Assembly (NCBI GenBank): GCA_934095845.1
Contig: CAKOKS010000003.1
Span: forward strand, 5,217 to 69,216
Reading direction: 5' to 3'
DNA: 64,000 nucleotides
Source: an uncultured Bacilli bacterium
Lineage (GTDB): Bacteria; Bacillota_I; Bacilli_A; RF39; UBA660
Positions 21,617 to 30,289 of the stretch are shown piece after piece. The translations under genes were made by a program, and so were the position numbers. The notes below the pieces were generated by a model. That model was not told the DNA's origin and did no database searches. It saw only the letters and a program-made list of their open reading frames with translations. Positions within the stretch are counted from its first letter, which is position 1, and each line of letters begins with the position of its first letter.

Positions 21617-22501
21617 ATGAATTATTATAATGAAATAAAAAATGAATTAATAAATAATGAAATTAATAAAAAAGCTAAAAGCTATTCAATTAATAAAAGT
21701 GACTTAGACACCTACTATAAAGTTGGAAAAATGATAAGTTTAGCTGGTAGACATTATGGAAAAGGAATAATTAAAGAGTATTCAAAAAGATTAACAGAAG
21801 AATTGGGTAAAGGATATAGTAAAAGAAATTTATGGTTGATGCTAAGATTTTATGAGTTAAAAGAAAAAATGCAGACAGTGTCTGCACAATTATCTTGGTC
21901 ACATTATTGTGAGTTATTGTCATTTGAGAATATTGATAAAATTAATTACTATATAAACTTGACAAAAACAAATAATTTATCAGTTAGGCAACTTCGTGAT
22001 AGAATAAAATCTAATGAATATGAAAGATTACCAGAAAATGCTAAAAACAAATTATTAAGTCAAAACAAATCAGTTATAACTGATTTTGTAAAAAATCCTA
22101 TATTAATAAAAAAGCATAATAACACTGATATTATAACAGAAAGACTATTGCAGAAATTAATACTTGAAGATATAACTTCATTTATGAAAGAATTAGGAAC
22201 TGGATTCTGTTTTATTGATAATGAATACAAAATTAAGTTAGATGATAGATATAACTACATAGATTTATTGCTGTATAATATTAAGTATAAATGTTACATA
22301 GTTGTAGAATTAAAAGTTACTGAACTAAAAAAAGAACATACTGGTCAGATTATGACATATATGAACTATATTAATGAGAATATCAAAACAATTGATGAAA
22401 ATGAAACGGTAGGTATAATTATTTGTAAACAGGATAATGAGTATGTTATAAAGTATTGTTCTGATAATAGAATAATTGCTAGAGAATATGAATTAGTGTG
22501 A
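21617..22501 (+). CDS. DUF1016 / YhcG-like PD-(D/E)xK nuclease family protein
   Basis: Has the conserved SWSHY motif and a C-terminal nuclease core, YIDLLLYN...YIVVELKV. Confidence 0.72.
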   Translation: MNYYNEIKNELINNEINKKAKSYSINKSDLDTYYKVGKMISLAGRHYGKGIIKEYSKRLTEELGKGYSKRNLWLMLRFYELKEKMQTVSAQLSWSHYCELLSFENIDKINYYINLTKTNNLSVRQLRDRIKSNEYERLPENAKNKLLSQNKSVITDFVKNPILIKKHNNTDIITERLLQKLILEDITSFMKELGTGFCFIDNEYKIKLDDRYNYIDLLLYNIKYKCYIVVELKVTELKKEHTGQIMTYMNYINENIKTIDENETVGIIICKQDNEYVIKYCSDNRIIAREYELV

Positions 22502-22671
22502 TATGACTCATAGATAAAATATAACTGTCTGTTAAATGACTTTCAAAAATAATACAAAAATGGATATAGCAAAAGAAAATAGTTTTTTTCAAACAATAAC
22601 ATACTTACATTCACTAAATATATATTAAGGTCATAAAATATATTGTACGTTATATAACGTTTATATAGATT

Positions 22672-22695
22672 GAGCCATAAACTGGCTCTTTTAAT
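22672..22695 (+). terminator. rho-independent terminator, about 170 nt downstream of the nearest stop codon
   Basis: GAGCCA (22672-22677) pairs with TGGCTC (22683-22688), followed by TTTTAATTT. Confidence 0.55.
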
Positions 22696-22724
22696 TTGAC
22701 ATGAATATAAAAAATGTTTATAAT
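22696..22724 (+). promoter_or_regulatory. consensus sigma-A promoter
   Basis: TTGACA (22696-22701), exactly 17 nt of spacer, TATAAT (22719-22724). Confidence 0.75.
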
Positions 22725-22750
22725 ATCAGACTCAAAAGAAGGGGTTAAAT

Positions 22751-23413
22751 ATGACAAAGGATAAATTTTATAAACTACAATTTGCGTTAATGGAATATAT
22801 TAAAAAATATGGAAAATATTATTCAAAAGAAAATATAACATATATAAAAAATAATTTTATATATGAATATGATTTAGAAGAAGATCATAATTGTCTCTTG
22901 TTAGAAGCTTATGAGGAATGTGGTTTGTCTAGTGGATTATATAGAGATTATTTTGGAGCATTTATTAAACATATTAAAGAAGACTGTGATATAAAAGGTG
23001 ATCTATTAGAAGTCGGGTGTGGTCCGATGCCTTCTTTAGCAAAAAGCTTAAGAAAAGAACAAAAAAATGGTTCCATTACAGTAATTGATCCTCTTGTAAA
23101 AATAAGCGATTATGGAGATCTAAACATAATTACAGGTAACTTTGACGAAAGCACTGATGTAAAAAAATATAGTTTAATGTATAGTTGTCTTCCATGTGCA
23201 GTGACTGAGGCAATGCTTAAATCATCATTTAAAAACGATATAGATACTTATATTTTACTTTGTGGATGTCTAAGAGGACTTTACTTTAACTTCTACCATT
23301 ATTTAGATGAAATTGATGCCATGTTATATAAACTTGCATTAGAAAGTGATAGATCTTATAAATTTATTAACTACTCTGATATGCCTTATACAATAGTAAA
23401 AACATATAAATAA
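22751..23413 (+). CDS. hypothetical protein with a Rossmann/SAM-methyltransferase-like motif (paralogue 1)
   Basis: 220 aa. Has LLEVGCGPMPSLAKS...ITVIDP. GAAGGGG lies upstream. About 50% identical by eye to the next ORF. Confidence 0.7.
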   Translation: MTKDKFYKLQFALMEYIKKYGKYYSKENITYIKNNFIYEYDLEEDHNCLLLEAYEECGLSSGLYRDYFGAFIKHIKEDCDIKGDLLEVGCGPMPSLAKSLRKEQKNGSITVIDPLVKISDYGDLNIITGNFDESTDVKKYSLMYSCLPCAVTEAMLKSSFKNDIDTYILLCGCLRGLYFNFYHYLDEIDAMLYKLALESDRSYKFINYSDMPYTIVKTYK

Positions 23414-23436
23414 AATCAAAAAAGGAGTTTAGAAAA

Positions 23437-24102
23437 ATGACAAGTGAAAAATATTTTGAATTAAGGTTTATGTTACAAGAATACGTTAAAAAATATGGAA
23501 AATATTATAAACCAGATGATTTATTGGATATTATGCAACGATTTATTCCTGCATATGATGGAACTGCAAAAATTAATGCGTTATTATTAGAGGCATATGA
23601 AGAATGTGGAATATTAGAAAAGATAAAACCTAATCCGTACGAAGCCTTTAGAAAACATATTAAAGAAGACTATGATATTAATGGAGAACTATTAGAAGTT
23701 GGATGTGGACCGATACCATCCTTAGCTAAAAGCATAAAAAAAGAGCAAAAACATGGCTCAATTACCGTAATGGATCCAATTATTAAAATAGAAGATTATG
23801 GTAGTTTAAAAATAATTAATAAAAAATTTACCGATAAAACTGACGTTTCTAAATATTCTCTTGTATATGGGTTTGCACCATGTGGAGCAACGAAAACTAT
23901 GATAATAAATTCATGTAAAAATGATGTAGATTTATATATACAGTTATGTGGATGCACAGAAAACGGAAGTCATAATGACTATGACGGGTATATATATATA
24001 TTAAATGAACTATTATATAAATCAGTTGTAGATACTGGAAGATCGTATGCAATATTTCAAAATGATGATTTACCTTATCCAACAATCAAAACATTTAGAT
24101 AA
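23437..24102 (+). CDS. hypothetical protein with a Rossmann/SAM-methyltransferase-like motif (paralogue 2)
   Basis: 221 aa. Has LLEVGCGPIPSLAKS...ITVMDP. AAAGGAG lies upstream. Confidence 0.7.
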   Translation: MTSEKYFELRFMLQEYVKKYGKYYKPDDLLDIMQRFIPAYDGTAKINALLLEAYEECGILEKIKPNPYEAFRKHIKEDYDINGELLEVGCGPIPSLAKSIKKEQKHGSITVMDPIIKIEDYGSLKIINKKFTDKTDVSKYSLVYGFAPCGATKTMIINSCKNDVDLYIQLCGCTENGSHNDYDGYIYILNELLYKSVVDTGRSYAIFQNDDLPYPTIKTFR

Positions 24103-24225
24103 AAAAATTATTGATTTTTTATAATCTTTATAATATACTTAATTAAGAAGTTTTTACTTGGTTCTGAAAGTCTCCGATTTTTTACTAAGTTTAAACCGAT
24201 TAAAAAAATAAAGGAGGAATTGAAA

Positions 24226-24495
24226 ATGGCTGTAACTAAAGAAAGAAAAGCTGAATTAATCAAAGAATTTGGTAAAAGTGAAAAAAATTCTGGTTCTACA
24301 GAAGCACAAATTGCTGTATTAACTGAAAGAATCAATGATTTAACTGAACATTTAAAAGTTCATATTCATGATTATCATTCAAAAAGAGGATTACAAATGA
24401 TGGTTGGTAAAAGACGTAGTTTACTTGATTACTTAAAAGAAAAAGACGTTGAAGCTTACCGTGAGTTAATCAAAAAATTAAATATAAGAAAGTAG
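24226..24495 (+). CDS. rpsO: 30S ribosomal protein S15
   Basis: [16 protein letters not shown]...[23 protein letters not shown]. The ATG at 24226 follows AAGGAGG; the track start at 24220 is a TTG. Confidence 0.95.
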   Translation: MAVTKERKAELIKEFGKSEKNSGSTEAQIAVLTERINDLTEHLKVHIHDYHSKRGLQMMVGKRRSLLDYLKEKDVEAYRELIKKLNIRK

Positions 24496-24520
24496 GCACC
24501 TGTTTTAAGTGCCTTTTTTT
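24494..24520 (+). terminator. rpsO rho-independent terminator
   Basis: AGGCAC (24494-24499) pairs with GTGCCT (24509-24514), followed by a T-run. Confidence 0.7.
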
Positions 24521-24533
24521 ATTTAGGTGAGGT

Positions 24534-25034
24534 ATGAAAAACAAATTAGGAATAACTGATCCTCTAGAAATAAAAAGAATTGAATATGATATATCAAATT
24601 TTAAACATAAATTACTAAATGAAAGTTTTTTATTTAATGAAGATTCTGTTTTTACAATAGCTTATTTAGAAAAAATACATACATTTTTATTTCAAGATTT
24701 ATTTGATGAAAAATTTTGTAGAGTTAAAGATAATCTTTCAGACGAAACCTTGGCTTATATACAAAATACTCTATATAAAATAAAAGAAGATGTATTAGGT
24801 AATGATTTTCAATCTCTTGCAAATGATATTTATACTTTATGGGAATATCAAATGTTTATTGATGGAAATACTAGAACAATTCGAGCATTTTTAAAAATTG
24901 TTTGTTTAGGTTATGGATTAAATATTAAACATAATTTTGATGAAGACATAAATGAAGATTATTTTATAGGAAGATTAGTTGATGAAATATCAGAAGTAAA
25001 AAAAGAAAAAAAATTAGTAGAGGTGATGAAATGA
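24534..25034 (+). CDS. Fic/DOC-family protein with a degenerate active-site motif
   Basis: Fic-like N-terminus NKLGITDPLEIKRIE. The core motif reads QMFIDGNTRTIR where the canonical form is HPFx[DE]GNGRxxR. The stop overlaps the pnp start (ATGA). Confidence 0.65.
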   Translation: MKNKLGITDPLEIKRIEYDISNFKHKLLNESFLFNEDSVFTIAYLEKIHTFLFQDLFDEKFCRVKDNLSDETLAYIQNTLYKIKEDVLGNDFQSLANDIYTLWEYQMFIDGNTRTIRAFLKIVCLGYGLNIKHNFDEDINEDYFIGRLVDEISEVKKEKKLVEVMK

Positions 25035-27208
25035 AAAAAGTTTTTGAATACGATTTTAGAGGAAGAAAAATCGTAGTTGAACATGGAGAAGTTGCAAAGC
25101 AAGCTCATGGTTCAGTAGTAGTAAGATATGGAGACACAGTAATTCTATCAACTGTAGTAGTTGGAAATAACGCAAATATTTTAAGTGATTTCTTTCCACT
25201 TATGGTTTTATATCAAGAAAAATTATATTCAGTAGGAAAAATTCCTGGAGGATTTATTAAAAGAGAGGGAAGACCAACAGATGCTGCAACACTTGCTGCA
25301 CGTATGATTGACAGACCTATGCGTCCAATGTTTCCTGAAGATTTTAGAAATGAAGTACAAATAGTAAATACAGTTTTATCTGTAGATACAGATAATTCTC
25401 CTGAATTAACTGCCATGTTTGGTTCGTCTTTATGTACAAGTATTTCTAAAATACCATTTGATGGTCCGATTGCTGGAGTAAAAGTAGGAAGAATAAATGG
25501 TGAATTTGTTATTAACCCAACTCCAAGTGAACTTGAAGAATCAGATATTGATTTAACTGTTGCGGGAACAAAAAAAGCAATTAATATGGTAGAAGCGGGA
25601 AGTAAAGAAGTATCAGAAAAAGATATGTTAGAAGCTTTAATGTTTGGGCATGAAGCTGTAAAAGAATTATGTGAATTCCAAGAAAGTATTATATCTGAAA
25701 TAGGTCAAGAAAAAATGACTTATGAACATATTGAAATTGAAGATAGTTTAAGAAAAGAAATCTATGATTTAGCTGCTGAAAAATTAGATAAAGCAATGCG
25801 TATAAAAGAAAAATTAGAAAAATATGCAGCAATTGATGCCATAAAAGAAGAAATAGTTTCTAAATACGAAAATGAAAATAAAGAATCTTTAGATGCAGAA
25901 GAATTAGTCCTTTTAACAACTAAAGTTAAAATGGTTCTTGAAAATATTGAATATGATATTTTTAGAAGTATAACTGTTGACGAACATACTAGAAGTGATG
26001 GAAGAAAGATGGATGAAATAAGACCTCTTTCAACAGCAATTGATTTACTTCCAAGAACACACGGCAGTGCATTATTTACTCGTGGAGAAACTCAAGCACT
26101 TGCTATAACAACTTTAGGAGCATTAAATGAATATCAAGCTTTAGATGGAATTAGTTTAGAAGCTGAAAAACATTTTATGTTACATTATAACTTCCCAGCA
26201 TTCTCAGTTGGAGAAACAGGAAGATATGGTTCTCCTGGAAGAAGAGAAATTGGACATGGAGCTTTAGGAGAAAGATGCTTAAAGCAAGTAATGCCTTCTG
26301 AAGAAGAATTCCCATATACAGTTAGAGTAGTATCTGAAATACTTGAATCAAATGGATCATCAAGTCAAGCTACTATATGTGCAGGATGTATGTCACTTAT
26401 GGCTGCAGGAGTACCAATTAAAGCACCAGTAGCTGGAATTGCAATGGGACTTATTACTTCTAAAGATGGGAGTAAATATCAAATATTAACAGATATTCAA
26501 GGAATGGAAGACCATTTAGGTGATATGGACTTTAAAGTAGGTGGAACAAGAAAAGGTATTTGTTCACTTCAAATGGATATAAAAATTAAGGGTATTACTA
26601 AAGAAATACTTGCAGAAGCTCTTGAACAAGCTAAGAAAGCTCGTATGGAAATTCTAGATGTAATGGAAAAACAAATTAAAGAACCAAGAAGTGAAGTTTC
26701 TGAATATGCTCCAAAAACTGAAACATTTATGATAAATCCAGATAAGATAAAAGAAGTAATTGGTAAAGGTGGAGACACTATTACTAAGATTATTCTTGAA
26801 GCAAGTAATGTTAAAACTGTTCAAGATAAAGATGCAGTTAAAGTTGACTTAAATGATGATGGACAAGTTATTATTTATCACACTAATAGAGATATTATTA
26901 ATAAAACTGCTGAGATGATTAAAAATATTGCTCGAGAAGTAGAAATGGGAGTTAAATATACTGCTAAAGTAGTTAAAGTTGAAGACTTTGGATGCTTTGT
27001 TGAATTGTGGCCTGGATGTGAAGGACTTGTTCATGTTTCTCAACTTGCACATGAAAGAGTTAACAAACCTAGTGATTTAGTTAAAGTTGGAGACGAAATT
27101 GTTGTTGTATCACAAGGATATGATAATAGAGGAAGACTAAATTTAAGCAGAAAAGATGCTCTTCCAAAACCAAAAAAAGAAGAAAGTAAAACAACAGAAG
27201 AAAAGTAG
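25031..27208 (+). CDS. pnp: polyribonucleotide nucleotidyltransferase (PNPase)
   Basis: 725 aa. Two RNase PH domains, a KH domain (GKGGDTITKI) and an S1 domain (GCFVELWPGCEGLVHVSQL). Confidence 0.96.
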   Translation: MKKVFEYDFRGRKIVVEHGEVAKQAHGSVVVRYGDTVILSTVVVGNNANILSDFFPLMVLYQEKLYSVGKIPGGFIKREGRPTDAATLAARMIDRPMRPMFPEDFRNEVQIVNTVLSVDTDNSPELTAMFGSSLCTSISKIPFDGPIAGVKVGRINGEFVINPTPSELEESDIDLTVAGTKKAINMVEAGSKEVSEKDMLEALMFGHEAVKELCEFQESIISEIGQEKMTYEHIEIEDSLRKEIYDLAAEKLDKAMRIKEKLEKYAAIDAIKEEIVSKYENENKESLDAEELVLLTTKVKMVLENIEYDIFRSITVDEHTRSDGRKMDEIRPLSTAIDLLPRTHGSALFTRGETQALAITTLGALNEYQALDGISLEAEKHFMLHYNFPAFSVGETGRYGSPGRREIGHGALGERCLKQVMPSEEEFPYTVRVVSEILESNGSSSQATICAGCMSLMAAGVPIKAPVAGIAMGLITSKDGSKYQILTDIQGMEDHLGDMDFKVGGTRKGICSLQMDIKIKGITKEILAEALEQAKKARMEILDVMEKQIKEPRSEVSEYAPKTETFMINPDKIKEVIGKGGDTITKIILEASNVKTVQDKDAVKVDLNDDGQVIIYHTNRDIINKTAEMIKNIAREVEMGVKYTAKVVKVEDFGCFVELWPGCEGLVHVSQLAHERVNKPSDLVKVGDEIVVVSQGYDNRGRLNLSRKDALPKPKKEESKTTEEK

Positions 27209-27322
27209 TTTTACTTTTTTTATGTAAAATATTAAAGTAAATCAAAAATTTATAGAATATTTTGTCATTTTATGTTATATTTATCATAGTAAAAGATAAA
27301 ATAATAAAAGGAGTGATATTTT

Positions 27323-28276
27323 ATGAAGAAAGGATGCAGTAAGTTACTTGCAATTATAATGGCTTTAGCTGCAGTAATACCAACAATAGCAAAAGCAGAT
27401 GGATACGGAGAATATAAAAAAGGAGAAGAAAGAAATTTCTATAGATCAGCAACAGATTCTCAAGGAACACAAGTAATGATTCTTGAAGATTCTGACACAG
27501 ATAGCAAATTTGTTAAATCTTGGCTTATAGGATCAGGTGTAAAACCAACTGAACAACCTTACATAGATTTAACTACTACAACAGATGTTAGTTTATTTTC
27601 TAATAGAACAGCTTATAAAACTATTAAAGATGAATTAAATCTAAATGGTTTTGAATTTAGTAAAGATACAACTTATCATAATACAGTAGAAGATGAAGAT
27701 GGTAAACCAATTGAAGGAAATTTAACTTTAATTTCTGTAGATGAAATAAAAGATATTTTTGGAGTAAATCAAGATAATACAATTACTTCAGAATTTGCTA
27801 TTAAAGTATTTAGCGCTTTAAAAGAACATCAAGATCAAGCAAGAGTTGCAGAAATGGGAGCATTCAAAGGATTCTTTACTTCAACAATTGAAGGAACAGA
27901 TGTATATGTTGTTGAAATGGTAAAAGATGCAAATGACAAAATTACAAGTGCTGTATTAAAGAAAGTTCCTTATGCTACTACTAATGATTATGATTATATT
28001 CCAGTTTTATATTTAAACAAAGAACAAGACTGTAATAAAAAACAAACTGAACAAAAATATGCATGTTATTCATGTGGTGAAGATTACACTTGGACAACTG
28101 TTGGAAGTCAAGCGGATACTTGTACATTAGTTGAAACAGTAACTTCAAAAGCTAATTGTGTTAAAAGCCCAAAAACTGGAGTTAAAGAATATGCATTAGA
28201 ATTTGTTGTTGTTGCTGGAATTGGTCTTGCAGTTTTAGCTGTAGTTAAGAGAAAAGATTTATTTAGAAGCATTTAA
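27323..28276 (+). CDS. sortase-anchored cell-surface protein
   Basis: Signal peptide. The C-terminus carries SPKTG, then a hydrophobic stretch, then a KRKD tail. A Cys-rich segment precedes the sorting signal. Confidence 0.75.
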   Translation: MKKGCSKLLAIIMALAAVIPTIAKADGYGEYKKGEERNFYRSATDSQGTQVMILEDSDTDSKFVKSWLIGSGVKPTEQPYIDLTTTTDVSLFSNRTAYKTIKDELNLNGFEFSKDTTYHNTVEDEDGKPIEGNLTLISVDEIKDIFGVNQDNTITSEFAIKVFSALKEHQDQARVAEMGAFKGFFTSTIEGTDVYVVEMVKDANDKITSAVLKKVPYATTNDYDYIPVLYLNKEQDCNKKQTEQKYACYSCGEDYTWTTVGSQADTCTLVETVTSKANCVKSPKTGVKEYALEFVVVAGIGLAVLAVVKRKDLFRSI

Positions 28277-28298
28277 GCACTAACTTAGTGCTTTTTTT
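28275..28298 (+). terminator. rho-independent terminator
   Basis: AAGCACTAA pairs with TTAGTGCTT in a hairpin, followed by a T-run. Confidence 0.7.
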
Positions 28299-28359
28299 CT
28301 TGATTGAAAATATATATACTCTATGGTATACTGAAATAGTATAAGAATAGAGGAAATAT

Positions 28360-29079
28360 ATGATAGTTAAAAATAAAACCAATATAATTATTCTTTCTGT
28401 TACATTATTATTATCAATATTGATATTTGTGTTTATTAAAGTATGTTACTTTGGTAATACTAAGATAGATGAACCCCTTAAGAATGTTGCTAAATATTAT
28501 GGTGGAGGAACTAATGTGCCTAAAATGGCAGTTGCTACAACTGTAAAAACTCAAACTACTTTAAGAGTTCCAATTGAAGAAAGAGACGAAGAAATAGAAA
28601 ATACAAGTGATGAAGAAGATTATCAAATTATCGATGAACCAGAGATTGTTGATGATGGATCAATAATATATGAAGGTATGACAATAACTGAACTTACAAA
28701 TAAACTAAATAGAAACTTAAATGACTATTTAACTAATACTGGATACTATTTTGCTAAGTATACTAGAGATACAGGAATGGATCCATATTTAAGTGTTGCG
28801 ATAGTTTTATTAGAAACCGGTTGTAAATGGAAATGTTCTTCTTTAACTACTGAATGTAATAATATAGGTGGTTTAAAAGGAGGCAATAGTTGTAATGGTA
28901 AAAGCTATAGCAAGTATGATACTTTAGAAGAAGGAATAGAATCTTATCTAGGTATTATTTATAATAACTATTATTTACAAGGATTAGATACTCCAGAAAA
29001 AATGGGGCCTAAGTATGCATATAGTGGAGAGTGGGCAACTAAAGTTAATAACTATATAAGAGAGATTAGGGAAAACTAA
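28360..29079 (+). CDS. membrane-anchored glucosaminidase-domain peptidoglycan hydrolase
   Basis: N-terminal TM helix. The C-terminal domain carries MDPYLSVAIVLLETG...YDTLEEGIESY...GLDTPEKMGPKYA, which is mannosyl-glycoprotein endo-beta-N-acetylglucosaminidase-like. Confidence 0.72.
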   Translation: MIVKNKTNIIILSVTLLLSILIFVFIKVCYFGNTKIDEPLKNVAKYYGGGTNVPKMAVATTVKTQTTLRVPIEERDEEIENTSDEEDYQIIDEPEIVDDGSIIYEGMTITELTNKLNRNLNDYLTNTGYYFAKYTRDTGMDPYLSVAIVLLETGCKWKCSSLTTECNNIGGLKGGNSCNGKSYSKYDTLEEGIESYLGIIYNNYYLQGLDTPEKMGPKYAYSGEWATKVNNYIREIREN

Positions 29080-29105
29080 AAGAGTTCAAAATTTGAACTC
29101 TTTTT
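29077..29105. terminator. bidirectional terminator between convergent genes
   Basis: AAAGAGTTCAAA pairs with TTTGAACTCTTT in a 12-bp stem flanked by A- and T-runs. Confidence 0.75.
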
Positions 29106-30051
29106 ATAATATGTCATCGTTATAACCTAAAGAAGACTTTTCAATGTATATTGGTCTGTTTTTAGCTTCAATATAAGATTTAGATACATATTCACCCATG
29201 ATACCAATGACTAAAAGTTGAATACCACCAAGTAAAAGAATAACACACATCATTGTTGTATATGGAGGAAGTTTAGCATTATTAATAATTGCCCCAATAA
29301 TAACAATAATTAAATATATAAGAGCAAATCCAGAAATAATACTTCCTAAAAATGTTGCAATTCTTAATGGCTTTGTTGAAAAGTTTATTAAACCATCTGT
29401 TGCATAATTAATTTGTTTTTTTAATCTAAATTTTGATTTTCCGTATTCACGCTTACCGGCTTTATAATCCATAAAATATGTATTGTAACCAACCCAAGAA
29501 AATAAACCCTTAGTAAATCTATTATTTTCACTCATACTTACAAGAGATTTAACAACATAATCTCTTAATAATCTAAAATCACTAGCACCAGCTTTAAACT
29601 TTTGATCACAAGCTTTATTCATTATGAAATAAAAAGATTTTTTTAACAATTTAGAAAAAAATGATTCATTACTATAATCATTAACCATTGCAACCATATC
29701 ATATTCTTCATTTTCTTTTAATACTTTTAACATGTCCTTAATTAATTTGGGATCTTGTTGCATATCGGCATCAATTATACAAGCATAACTTGCCTTAGAT
29801 CTTTTTAAACCCGCATATATGGCTGCATCCTTACCAAAGTTTCTAGAAAACCTTATTACCTTAACAATATTAGAATTCTTCTTATATAAGCTTTCTAATA
29901 CTTTATAAGTATTATCTTTAGAGCCATCATCTACAAATATAAGGTTATGTTTAATATCATTTAAATTTGTTTCTAATGTTTCATAAAGTTTTACTAGATT
30001 TTCCTCTTCGTTATAGGCTGGAATTATTACATCAAGTTCCATATATTTCAC
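29104..30051 (-). CDS. family 2 glycosyltransferase (polyprenol-phosphate sugar transferase, GtrB/CsbB-like)
   Basis: VIIPAYNEEENL, DDGSKD and IDADMQ motifs, plus two C-terminal TM helices. Confidence 0.85.
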   Translation of the reverse strand: MKYMELDVIIPAYNEEENLVKLYETLETNLNDIKHNLIFVDDGSKDNTYKVLESLYKKNSNIVKVIRFSRNFGKDAAIYAGLKRSKASYACIIDADMQQDPKLIKDMLKVLKENEEYDMVAMVNDYSNESFFSKLLKKSFYFIMNKACDQKFKAGASDFRLLRDYVVKSLVSMSENNRFTKGLFSWVGYNTYFMDYKAGKREYGKSKFRLKKQINYATDGLINFSTKPLRIATFLGSIISGFALIYLIIVIIGAIINNAKLPPYTTMMCVILLLGGIQLLVIGIMGEYVSKSYIEAKNRPIYIEKSSLGYNDDIL

Positions 30052-30122
30052 CTCTATTAAATTATATCATGTATTTGTTTTTTTAGGGATATATAAAAAA
30101 TGAAAAAAGTGCTAAAAAGTAC

Positions 30123-30151
30123 TTGATTTTAATAGATTATTAATGTATAAT
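30123..30151 (+). promoter_or_regulatory. promoter of the S10 ribosomal protein operon
   Basis: TTGATT (30123-30128), 17-nt spacer, TATAAT (30146-30151). Confidence 0.7.
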
Positions 30152-30157
30152 TGTTCA

Positions 30158-30289
30158 TAGTTTAACTGGCTGAGATGTGCAAGGTTGCTGATACGCTAGG
30201 AGGAGTTGCTGAATAAACTGGCGTAATCAGGTTAATTTGTAACGGAGCTATGTTTATACAATGATATAGACGGAAGGAGGACATGTTTA
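30158..30289 (+). promoter_or_regulatory. structured 5' leader upstream of rpsJ (candidate ribosomal-protein autoregulatory leader)
   Basis: About 130 nt that is locally GC-enriched. A 9-bp helix forms between CTGATACGC (30188-30196) and GCGTAATCAG (30221-30230), enclosing an SD-like AGGAGGAG. AACTGGC and GTTGCTGA each occur twice. Confidence 0.45.

Noticed and set aside
21585-23413. The 11-nt identity AAAACATATAA at the 3' ends of comEC (about 21587) and paralogue 1 (about 23398), and similar ...KT[YF][KR]* C-termini, considered as possible att-like direct repeats bounding the island.
   Set aside because: An A/T-only 11-mer is expected to recur by chance in 64 kb of about 30% GC DNA. No integrase is present, and the repeat positions do not bracket the island cleanly.
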